Part shown: positions 38,181-46,161 of the stretch, piece after piece
Numbering within the stretch: position 1 is the first letter of the stretch
Layout of the letters: each line of letters starts with the position of its first letter
Assembly (NCBI GenBank): GCA_012840965.1
Contig: DUVQ01000121.1
Span: forward strand, 14,907-78,906
Origin: Oligoflexales bacterium
GTDB lineage: Bacteria > Myxococcota_A > UBA9042 > DTJE01
Direction: 5' to 3'
Length of the DNA stretch: 64,000 nt
Translations under genes and position numbers: made by a program
The notes under the pieces: generated by a model
What the model was told of the DNA's origin: nothing
Seen by the model: the letters and a program-made list of their open reading frames with translations, nothing else
Database searches by the model: none

Positions 38181-40721
38181 ATGCAAGATAAACTAAAAAG
38201 GGGCTTGGTGCCAGTGCTTGTGCTGGTGGGTGCACTGATTGCGTTGGGTTGCGGTGGCGGTAACGACGATGCAGTGTTTGGCAATGGCGAGATCGAGGGT
38301 GACGAGCGGTGTGACGGAGCTGAATTGAACGGTCAGACTTGCATTACCCAGGGCTTTGCTGGGGGCGAGCTTGCTTGTACTGCTGCCTGTCAGTTCGACG
38401 CTAGCGGCTGCACTGCGCCTTCGGCCGACTGCGGCAACGGCAAGATTGACGATGGCGAGCAGTGTGATGGCGAGGAATTGAACGGTCAGACTTGCATTAC
38501 CCAGGGCTTTGCTGGTGGTGATCTTGCTTGTACTGCTGCCTGCCAGTTCGACACCAGCGGCTGTACTGCGCCGCCAGTCGACTGTGGCAACGGCAAGATT
38601 GACGATGGCGAGCAGTGTGACGGCGAGGCATTGAACGGTCATTACTGCACGGATCTCGGCTTCGCTGGCGGTGATCTTGGCTGTTCTGCTGCCTGCCAGT
38701 TCGATACCAGTGGTTGCATCTTGGAGCCGGTCGATTGTGGTAACGGCAAGATCGACGATGGCGAGCAATGCGATGGCGAGGCATTGAACGGTTATTCCTG
38801 CGGGGATTACGGCTTCGCTGGCGGTGATCTTGGCTGTACTGCTGACTGTCGGTTCGATACCAGTGGTTGCACCTTGGAGCCGGTCGACTGTGGTAACGGC
38901 GAGATCGACGATGGCGAGCAGTGTGATGGCGAGGCATTGAACGGTCAGACCTGTGCGGATCACGGTTTCGCTGGCGGTGATCTTGGCTGTACTGCTGCCT
39001 GCCAGTTCGATACCAGTGGTTGCACTGTGCCGTTGGAGGACTGTGGTAACGGCGAGATCGACGATGGCGAGCTGTGCGATGGCGAGGAATTTGACGGTAA
39101 GACCTGCGCGACCCAAGGCTTCGACGGCGGTGATCTTGGCTGCACTTCGACTTGTCAATTCGATACAAGCGCCTGTTTCGTCTGTGGTGACGGTGAGGTT
39201 GGCGGTAACGAGAGGTGCGATGGTGACGATTTGAACAATCAGACTTGTACGTCCCAAGGCTTCGACGGGGGCCAGCTTCGTTGCACCATTGACTGCCAGT
39301 TCGATACAAGCGCCTGTGTCGTCTGCGGCGACGGTAGGGTCGGCGCTGGAGAAGAATGCGACAGCGCGAACTTGAATGGCCATGATTGTGTTAGCCAGGG
39401 CTTTGATGGGGGAAGGCTCGCCTGCACCGCCGACTGTGAGTTTGATACCAGCAATTGTAGCACCTGTGGTGACGGCGTTATCGGGATTGGCGAGCAGTGC
39501 GACGGTGTGGAATTGAACGGTCAGACCTGTGTATCGCAGGGCTTTGTCGACGGCAAGCTTGGCTGTACCGACACTTGCCAGTTCGACACCACTGCCTGCA
39601 GCGAGATTCCACCCGAGTGTGGTAACGGTAGGGTCGACGGTTTCGAGCAGTGCGACGGTGAAGATTTGAATGGTGAGACTTGCGAGACGCTGGACCTCAT
39701 TGATGGCAACCTTAGGTGTACCGATGATTGCCGGTATGACACTAGCCGCTGCGCCTTCGACTGCACCGCGGTATCGCTTGGGATGTTTGATGGCACGCCC
39801 ATCACGCTCACAAATCAAGACAGCTGCTCATCAGGCACTACGCTCTACGATGCAAAAGGCACTGGCAGGACCTGTACGGGCTGGGAGACCGCCGGCTCCG
39901 AGATCGTCTACAGCGTGAGCATTCCGCCAGGCGAGGGGATTTTCGTAGTCATGGATGCCATTGATAGTTTCAACGAGGCGCTTTGGGTGACGATGTCGTG
40001 TCGCGATACCATCGGCTTGCATTGTATCGTAGGGTCAGATGTCCAAGTCAGAGAACCTGAGGAGGTTTCTGTCAGGAACACCTCGAACAAAGCCTTGACC
40101 TACCACATCGTGGCCGACGCCCGCGACGGCTGCGGCAAGTTCAACCTGTCCATCTCAAGGCTTGGTGACTGCGGTGATGGTGTTCGCGAAGGTCCCGAAC
40201 AGTGCGACGGCCGCGACTTTGGGGTACATACTTGTGAGAGCATAGGCTTTGCTCCCGGTACTTTGAGATGCAACTCGGATTGCGAGTTCGATTTTAGCCG
40301 CTGTGGCTGCAAGGCTATCGACCTGGGGGTGTTTGACGGCACGACCATCGCACTGCAAGACCAGGGTGGCTGCCCAGGCTCCAAGCTTTACGATGTGGGC
40401 GGTGACGGCGGAAGCTGCCTTGATGCGCTATTTAGAACGCCCGGTGCAGAGGTCCTATACAAGCTGACACTTCCGGCCGGCGACACGGTCAAAATCGTTT
40501 CGACGTCCCACGGATTCGACGAGACGCTTTGGGTGACTACGTCGTGCTTGGATATCGGCGGCTCGCAGTGTGTTGTTGGTGCTGCGAAGTGGAATCAGCG
40601 TCCTGAGGAGGCCATTCTTTCGAACAACACAGGCAATGCCGCGACATACTACATCGTGGTCGACGCTAAACAACCCAGTGGTTGCGGTAAGTTTGATCTT
40701 AACATTTCAAGGCATCCGTAA
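38181..40721 (+). CDS. Lipoprotein with ~11 tandem Myxococcus-type cysteine-rich repeats (CGNGxIDDGEQCDGEELNGQTC...C-x-FD-SGC) and two C-terminal PPC-like beta domains
   Basis: Lipobox LIALGCGGG. The ~48 aa repeat units carry 6 Cys each, and the first units are nearly identical at DNA level. Start taken at the internal ATG with a GGGGAAAG RBS. Confidence 0.7.
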   Translation: MQDKLKRGLVPVLVLVGALIALGCGGGNDDAVFGNGEIEGDERCDGAELNGQTCITQGFAGGELACTAACQFDASGCTAPSADCGNGKIDDGEQCDGEELNGQTCITQGFAGGDLACTAACQFDTSGCTAPPVDCGNGKIDDGEQCDGEALNGHYCTDLGFAGGDLGCSAACQFDTSGCILEPVDCGNGKIDDGEQCDGEALNGYSCGDYGFAGGDLGCTADCRFDTSGCTLEPVDCGNGEIDDGEQCDGEALNGQTCADHGFAGGDLGCTAACQFDTSGCTVPLEDCGNGEIDDGELCDGEEFDGKTCATQGFDGGDLGCTSTCQFDTSACFVCGDGEVGGNERCDGDDLNNQTCTSQGFDGGQLRCTIDCQFDTSACVVCGDGRVGAGEECDSANLNGHDCVSQGFDGGRLACTADCEFDTSNCSTCGDGVIGIGEQCDGVELNGQTCVSQGFVDGKLGCTDTCQFDTTACSEIPPECGNGRVDGFEQCDGEDLNGETCETLDLIDGNLRCTDDCRYDTSRCAFDCTAVSLGMFDGTPITLTNQDSCSSGTTLYDAKGTGRTCTGWETAGSEIVYSVSIPPGEGIFVVMDAIDSFNEALWVTMSCRDTIGLHCIVGSDVQVREPEEVSVRNTSNKALTYHIVADARDGCGKFNLSISRLGDCGDGVREGPEQCDGRDFGVHTCESIGFAPGTLRCNSDCEFDFSRCGCKAIDLGVFDGTTIALQDQGGCPGSKLYDVGGDGGSCLDALFRTPGAEVLYKLTLPAGDTVKIVSTSHGFDETLWVTTSCLDIGGSQCVVGAAKWNQRPEEAILSNNTGNAATYYIVVDAKQPSGCGKFDLNISRHP

Positions 40722-40755
40722 GTGTCAGCCGTAATTCGATATTGTTGATTAGCAA

Positions 40756-41688
40756 ATGATTCGTCATGTAGACATAAAGCTGCATTATGCTTGTAATAAC
40801 CGCTGTATTCATTGTGTGATCGCAGATCAACGTGATGCGGCAATGGCCAAGAGGGGTAGGGACTTTCGGACTACATCCGAGGTCGTAGCCGAGTTGGTAG
40901 ATGCCGCCACTAAGGGATTCGATGTGGTTACCTTTACCGGTGGTGAGCCAACCTTAAGGCGTGACTTGCCTGAGCTAGTCCAGGCAGCGCACCAGCTTGG
41001 TTTAAAGGTTGGCCTTCAAACCAACGGTCGCGCCCTTTCCTATGCCGAACGGCGAAAGCGGTTGTCTGGTATGGGCGTTGTTTTTGTTGTGGCCATACAC
41101 GGCCCAGATCCAGAGATTCACGATTTGGTCACAGCATCTCCAGGGGCCTTTGAACAAACAATGCAAGCGATTAGGGGGCTTGTTGAAGCGGGTGAAAAAG
41201 TAACAGCCAAGATCGTTATATCCCAAGTAAACATGCGGCATCTACCTGCTTTAGCACAGCTCATGGTTGATACTGGGGTCAAAAGAATGAACCTGACCTT
41301 TCCACATGCGCTGGGTTTGGCTAGGCGTGGATTTGATTTTGTCGTGCCAAGATACTTCGAGGTTATGCCATTTGTACATGAAGCCATTGATATCTTTCAT
41401 GCGGATGGTAGAAATATTGTAACCGAGGCGATTCCGTTGTGCCTGCTTGGTCAACATAAGGACCTGGCATCTGAAAACCTTTATAGGGTGGCAATCAAAA
41501 GTGAAGTGCGACAGCTTGATCAAGACCCCAGAAACTGGAGCGATGACCGGACAGGGGATGGCAAGGCAAAGGGACCCCAGTGTGTCGATTGTGCGCTTAA
41601 CCAAGAGTGTGAGGGTGTCTGGAAGGAATACTACGATGCCTTTGGTGGTGATGAATTGATCCCGGTTACTTTGCATCCAAAGTCGTAG
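40756..41688 (+). CDS. Radical SAM enzyme with a C-terminal auxiliary Cys cluster (SPASM/twitch-like)
   Basis: CNNRCIHC (C-x3-C-x2-C). FTGGEPTLR glycine-rich SAM motif. C-terminal CVDCALNQEC. 310 aa. Confidence 0.7.
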   Translation: MIRHVDIKLHYACNNRCIHCVIADQRDAAMAKRGRDFRTTSEVVAELVDAATKGFDVVTFTGGEPTLRRDLPELVQAAHQLGLKVGLQTNGRALSYAERRKRLSGMGVVFVVAIHGPDPEIHDLVTASPGAFEQTMQAIRGLVEAGEKVTAKIVISQVNMRHLPALAQLMVDTGVKRMNLTFPHALGLARRGFDFVVPRYFEVMPFVHEAIDIFHADGRNIVTEAIPLCLLGQHKDLASENLYRVAIKSEVRQLDQDPRNWSDDRTGDGKAKGPQCVDCALNQECEGVWKEYYDAFGGDELIPVTLHPKS

Positions 41689-41748
41689 ACGCCAATCAAT
41701 TTTCCAACTATCATTGACCTTGGCTTTTTTAAAGTTTGGGGGATTACC

Positions 41749-42357
41749 ATGCGAGTTCTAATTATCGGATTAGTGGCCCTGTTGGTTCTTTTAGTCGCGA
41801 TATTTTGGAAAAGCGTTCCTTTAGAGGGTGCGGAAGGTATCAAAAATGAACTGCAGGCGCTGGAGATGAGTGGTGCCCAAAAATGGGCGCCAGAGTCTTT
41901 TTCTGAGGCGCAGCAGGCTGTGGAAAAGGCATTGGCTGAATTCAAAAAGCAGGATGACAGGATTCCCGTTTTTCGAAGTCTTGGTCAGCTTGATGATGAC
42001 GTTAGTGCAGCTAGGGAACTTATGACGAAAACAGTTGAGGCTGTATCCAAAGCTAAAGAGGCTAGAGCTGCAGAGATATTGAAGGAAATCGCGGTTATTG
42101 AAGAGGGGCTTGGTAAGGCTTTCGAGATGCTAAAACAAGCTCCAAAAGAAGGCAGTGACAGACCTCTCCACACCATCAGAGGCGACCTTGAGTCAATAGG
42201 TCGCACAGTTGGAGATCTGCGTTCAAAAGTCGAAAGGGGTGAAGTTCCTGAAGAGACACCAGACTTTGCAGGAATGTCAGAGCAAGTCAAGAATCTGAGC
42301 GACAAAATTCCGGAAGAATTCGAGAAGATGAAAGCCTCAGCGGGACAGTGCTCGTAG
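41749..42357 (+). CDS. Membrane-anchored coiled-coil protein (hypothetical)
   Basis: N-terminal transmembrane helix, then a long helical A/E/K-rich region. Confidence 0.4.
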   Translation: MRVLIIGLVALLVLLVAIFWKSVPLEGAEGIKNELQALEMSGAQKWAPESFSEAQQAVEKALAEFKKQDDRIPVFRSLGQLDDDVSAARELMTKTVEAVSKAKEARAAEILKEIAVIEEGLGKAFEMLKQAPKEGSDRPLHTIRGDLESIGRTVGDLRSKVERGEVPEETPDFAGMSEQVKNLSDKIPEEFEKMKASAGQCS

Positions 42358-42366
42358 TTACTGGGC

Positions 42367-42450
42367 TGGTGCGAGAGGTGGGACTTGAACCCACACGGTG
42401 TTGCCACCAGAACCTAAATCTGGCGCGTCTGCCAATTCCGCCACTCTCGC
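42367..42450 (-). tRNA. tRNA-Leu (anticodon TAG), long variable arm
   Basis: Reverse complement: GCGAGAGTGGCGGAATTGGCAGACGCGCCAGATTTAGGTTCTGGTGGCAACACCGTGTGGGTTCAAGTCCCACCTCTCGCACCA. Confidence 0.75.
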
Positions 42451-42614
42451 AGACAAATGCAGCGAAAAGGTACATTAATTCAGGTAAAAGTCAATCTGAA
42501 ATTTTAAAACTGGGCATTTTTGCGTCCTTCATAATTTGACTAGACTTTGACTTAAACATGTGCGGTAATCACCAAAGTTGCTTGAATAGGTTATTGGTTC
42601 CGAAGGGGTGGCCA

Positions 42615-44660
42615 ATGAAAGTCTTGAAGTTCTTAGGCGCTTTGTCGTTAATGGTTGCCATTAGCGCAATGATTAGTTGTAGCGGCTCAGACCTGCCGCC
42701 CGACGTATCACCGGATGATTCCCCAGCCTTGGACGATGGTTCGCAGGATGATGGTTCTGATACTGCAGATCCACGTCCAGACTTGGATGACGACGCTGAC
42801 ACTGACACCGAAACTGACAGCGACGCGCCATGCGAGCAAAAGTGCGGTACTCGCGTCTGCGGCCCCGATCCGGTGTGTAAAGAGTCATGCGGGACGTGTG
42901 ATGCCCCATATGCCTGCAATGCTGACGGCCAATGTGAGTGCAAGCCACAGTGTGGTGACCGTCTCTGTGGCCCCGATCCGGTTTGCGAGAAGTCGTGCGG
43001 CGAGTGCGCACCTGGTCATAGTTGCGACTTAAATGGTCGGTGCCAGAAAGATGGCTGTGAAAAGGTATGTGGTAATCGCGTCTGTGGTCCCGATCCAGTT
43101 TGTCATCAGTCCTGCGGGTCCTGTGAGGCGCATGAAAAATGCAATGCTGATGGCCAATGCGAGTGCGTACCCCAGTGTGGTGAACGTAAGTGTGGCATTG
43201 AGCCAGTTTGTCAAACGTCTTGTGGCGTTTGTGAAGCTCCAAACAAATGCAATGAGCAAGGCCAATGTGAGTGCATCCCAGAGTGCGGCGAGCGCAAGTG
43301 CGGTGTTGACCCAGTTTGTGGAACGAAATCCTGTGGTATTTGCGGATTCTACGAAAAATGCAACGACCAATTTCTATGTGAGTGTGTGCCAGATTGCACC
43401 GGCCGCCAGTGCGGCCTTGACCCGATTTGTGGCACTGAGACCTGTGGTTACTGTGAGGCGCATGAGAAATGCAATTTGGTAGGTATATGTGAGTGCGTGC
43501 CCCAGTGTGGCGACCGTAAGTGTGGTATTGAGCCGGTTTGTCAAACGTCTTGTGGCAATTGTACCCCTCCAAACGAATGCAATGAGCAAGGCCAGTGTGA
43601 GTGCTCTCCAGACTGCCGCGGGCGCGATTGCGGCGTAGATCCAGTGTGTGGGCAATCCTGCGGCACTTGTCCTGAAAACTCCATTTGCAATCTTGATGGA
43701 CAATGTTTTGCACCATCGATTGTCTGCTCGGATGACTGGTGCTTGATTCCAGCAGGCACATTCGAGATGGGGGCTCCACAAGGCGAACCTGAATACCGTT
43801 TTGATGAGGGGCCAGTTCATTCAGTGACGATTAGCCGCTCTTTTTACATCAAACAGACTGAAGTAACTCAAGGGGAATGGCAGTCATTGATGGGAAATAA
43901 TCCATCAAATTTTCAGTCCTGTGGCAATAAGTGCCCAGTTGAGATGGTGTATTGGTACGACGCTGTCGCATACGCTAATGCCCTTTCTGAAACGCAAAGC
44001 CTTGAAAGTTGTTACACGTTAAGCAATTGCACAGGTGCACCTGGTACCGTCGGCTATAAATGTACGGTCGAGTTTAATGGTCTTGGCTGCACAGGTTATC
44101 GTTTACCTACCGAAGCTGAGTGGGAATATGCAGCGCGTGCAGGCGTTACTGGCCCAAGGTATGGCGACATTGATGCCATCGCTTGGCACAGTGGTAACAG
44201 TTTGAATAAGACTCGTGTAGTGGCTACAAGGACTGCTAACGCCTGGGGATTAAACGATGTGCTTGGCAATGTCTGGGAGTGGGTAAATGACTGGTATGGG
44301 CCAAACTACTACAGCAGCTGTTCATCGGGTTGTTCTGACCCAATAGGAATCGACGGTGGCAGTATGCGGGGGTATCGTGGCGGATCTTGGATGTCAAGCT
44401 GGAGGCAATTACGCCTGATGATGGCTCAGATACGACTCGCCCAGACATTGAGCCAATGTGTGAGCAAAACTGTGGTAATCGTGAGTGTGGTCCAGATCCG
44501 GTGTGTAAAGAGTCTTGTGGGACGTGTGATGCCCCATATTCCTGCAATGCTGATGGCCAATGTGAGTGCGAGCAAGAGTGCGGTGATCGCGTCTGTGGTC
44601 CTGACCCAGTTTGCGAAAAGTCCTGTGGCACCTGCGAAGCTGGTCATAGTTGTGACTTAA
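42615..44660 (+). CDS. Paralog 1: lipoprotein with acidic linker, 8 octa-Cys repeats (CG-R-CG-DPVC...CG-C...C-x3-GQCEC) and an FGE/SUMF1-like domain. The C-terminus is truncated or frameshifted into paralog 2.
   Basis: Signal/lipobox MISCSGS. FGE-domain motifs (WCLIPAGTFEMG, RLPTEAEWEYAARAG, RGGSW). After RGGSW the reading frame runs out-of-frame through the paralog 2 N-terminal region to a stop at 44660. Confidence 0.55.
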   Translation: MKVLKFLGALSLMVAISAMISCSGSDLPPDVSPDDSPALDDGSQDDGSDTADPRPDLDDDADTDTETDSDAPCEQKCGTRVCGPDPVCKESCGTCDAPYACNADGQCECKPQCGDRLCGPDPVCEKSCGECAPGHSCDLNGRCQKDGCEKVCGNRVCGPDPVCHQSCGSCEAHEKCNADGQCECVPQCGERKCGIEPVCQTSCGVCEAPNKCNEQGQCECIPECGERKCGVDPVCGTKSCGICGFYEKCNDQFLCECVPDCTGRQCGLDPICGTETCGYCEAHEKCNLVGICECVPQCGDRKCGIEPVCQTSCGNCTPPNECNEQGQCECSPDCRGRDCGVDPVCGQSCGTCPENSICNLDGQCFAPSIVCSDDWCLIPAGTFEMGAPQGEPEYRFDEGPVHSVTISRSFYIKQTEVTQGEWQSLMGNNPSNFQSCGNKCPVEMVYWYDAVAYANALSETQSLESCYTLSNCTGAPGTVGYKCTVEFNGLGCTGYRLPTEAEWEYAARAGVTGPRYGDIDAIAWHSGNSLNKTRVVATRTANAWGLNDVLGNVWEWVNDWYGPNYYSSCSSGCSDPIGIDGGSMRGYRGGSWMSSWRQLRLMMAQIRLAQTLSQCVSKTVVIVSVVQIRCVKSLVGRVMPHIPAMLMANVSASKSAVIASVVLTQFAKSPVAPAKLVIVVT

Positions 44661-46120
44661 ATGGCCAGTGTCAGGAAGACGGCTGTGAAAAGGCGTGCGG
44701 TGAACGCGTCTGTGGTCCCGATCCGGTCTGTGGGCAGCCTTGCGGCGACGATTGTCCAGCTCATCACAAATGCAACGACGAAGGCCAATGCGAGTGCGTG
44801 CCTCAGTGTGGCAACCGTAAGTGCGGTGATGATCCGGTCTGTGGGCAGCCTTGCGGCGACGATTGCCCAGCTCATCACAAATGCAACGATGATGGACAAT
44901 GCGAGTGCCAGCCTGAGTGTGGCGGGCGTGAGTGCGGCTATGATCCGGTCTGTGGGCAGCCTTGCGGCGACGATTGCCCAGCTCATCACGAATGCAACGA
45001 TGATGGCCAATGCGAGTGCCAGCCTGAGTGTGGCACCCGTGAGTGCGGCGATGACCCGGTTTGTGGGCAGCCTTGCGGCGATTGCCCAGCTCATCACGAA
45101 TGCAATGATGGCCAATGTCAGTGCGTACCCGACTGTTTGGGCCGTGAGTGCGGCCTAGATCCGGTCTGTGGTGTGCGGCCTTGTGGTATATGCACTGCTC
45201 CAGAGACCTGCTCATCCCAAGGAGTGTGTTGTGAACGAAACTGCACCGGTCGCCAGTGTGGTCCCGATCCTTCTTGCGGTGACTCCTGCGGTAGTTGTCC
45301 AATGTACTTGGTTTGCGAACCTAACAGTGGCCAGTGCGTTCCCCCGTATGTTGATTGCAATTCAGGATGGTGTTTTATCCCAGCAGGTACCTTTTTGATG
45401 GGTTCTCCTGAAGATGATCCAGAGCGTTATAACAATGAAGGTCCGACTTACATAGCGACGATTACCCGCGATTTTTATATGAGTCAGACGGAAGTAACTC
45501 AGGAACAGTGGGAGTCGGTGTTTCAGAACAATCCGTCTAGCACAACTGAATGTGGAGTAGATTGTCCTGTTGAGACTGTAAATTGGTTTGAAGCTGTTGC
45601 TTACGCGAATGCTCTTTCCGACAAGGAAGGTCGTGAAAAGTGTTACACGATAGAGGGTTGTTCTGGTAGTCCTGGAACGGGCCTCAAAAACTGTACAGTA
45701 ACCTATTCTAATCTGCTTGACTGCAAAGGTTATCGTTTGCCAACTGAGACAGAGTGGGAGTATGCAGCACGTGCAGGTACCTCTGAGCCTAGGTACGGCG
45801 AGGTGGACAGGATAGCTTGGCATGTAGGCAACAGTCAACGCACCTATCATCCAGTAGCTAAACTGTTACCTAATGCTTGGGGATTATATGACATGCTTGG
45901 CAACGTTTGGGAGTGGGTGCATGACTACTATGATTTCTACAATACCAGTATTTCCGGTGGGATAGACCCGTTAGGACCCTCGTGGGGCGCTGGCCGGGTT
46001 AGACGTGGCGGTGGTTGGATCTTCGATGCCAGGAACTCGCGGGCAGCTGACCGCAGCTACGACACGCCTGATACACGTAGAAGTTACATTGGCTTGCGCA
46101 TTGTAAGGACTGCGCCGTAG
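44387..46120 (+). CDS. Paralog 2: octa-Cys repeats plus FGE/SUMF1-like domain. It lacks its own signal peptide, and a TTG start is inferred.
   Basis: Its N-terminus DDGSDTTRPDIEPMCEQNCG aligns with the post-signal acidic region of paralog 1. Complete FGE-like domain ending GLRIVRTAP. Confidence 0.55.
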   Translation: MDVKLEAITPDDGSDTTRPDIEPMCEQNCGNRECGPDPVCKESCGTCDAPYSCNADGQCECEQECGDRVCGPDPVCEKSCGTCEAGHSCDLNGQCQEDGCEKACGERVCGPDPVCGQPCGDDCPAHHKCNDEGQCECVPQCGNRKCGDDPVCGQPCGDDCPAHHKCNDDGQCECQPECGGRECGYDPVCGQPCGDDCPAHHECNDDGQCECQPECGTRECGDDPVCGQPCGDCPAHHECNDGQCQCVPDCLGRECGLDPVCGVRPCGICTAPETCSSQGVCCERNCTGRQCGPDPSCGDSCGSCPMYLVCEPNSGQCVPPYVDCNSGWCFIPAGTFLMGSPEDDPERYNNEGPTYIATITRDFYMSQTEVTQEQWESVFQNNPSSTTECGVDCPVETVNWFEAVAYANALSDKEGREKCYTIEGCSGSPGTGLKNCTVTYSNLLDCKGYRLPTETEWEYAARAGTSEPRYGEVDRIAWHVGNSQRTYHPVAKLLPNAWGLYDMLGNVWEWVHDYYDFYNTSISGGIDPLGPSWGAGRVRRGGGWIFDARNSRAADRSYDTPDTRRSYIGLRIVRTAP

Positions 46121-46161
46121 TTTCTTGTGGAGAAGACCATAGTTTTGTTAAGGAGTATTAA

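Noticed and set aside
38193-39818. Long antisense ORFs (541 aa, 270 aa and others) opposite the Cys-repeat lipoprotein gene
   Set aside because: They are products of the periodic, GC-skewed repeat DNA. Translations are low-complexity (R/H/T-rich) with no start context. The sense-strand protein has signal peptide, RBS and domain structure.
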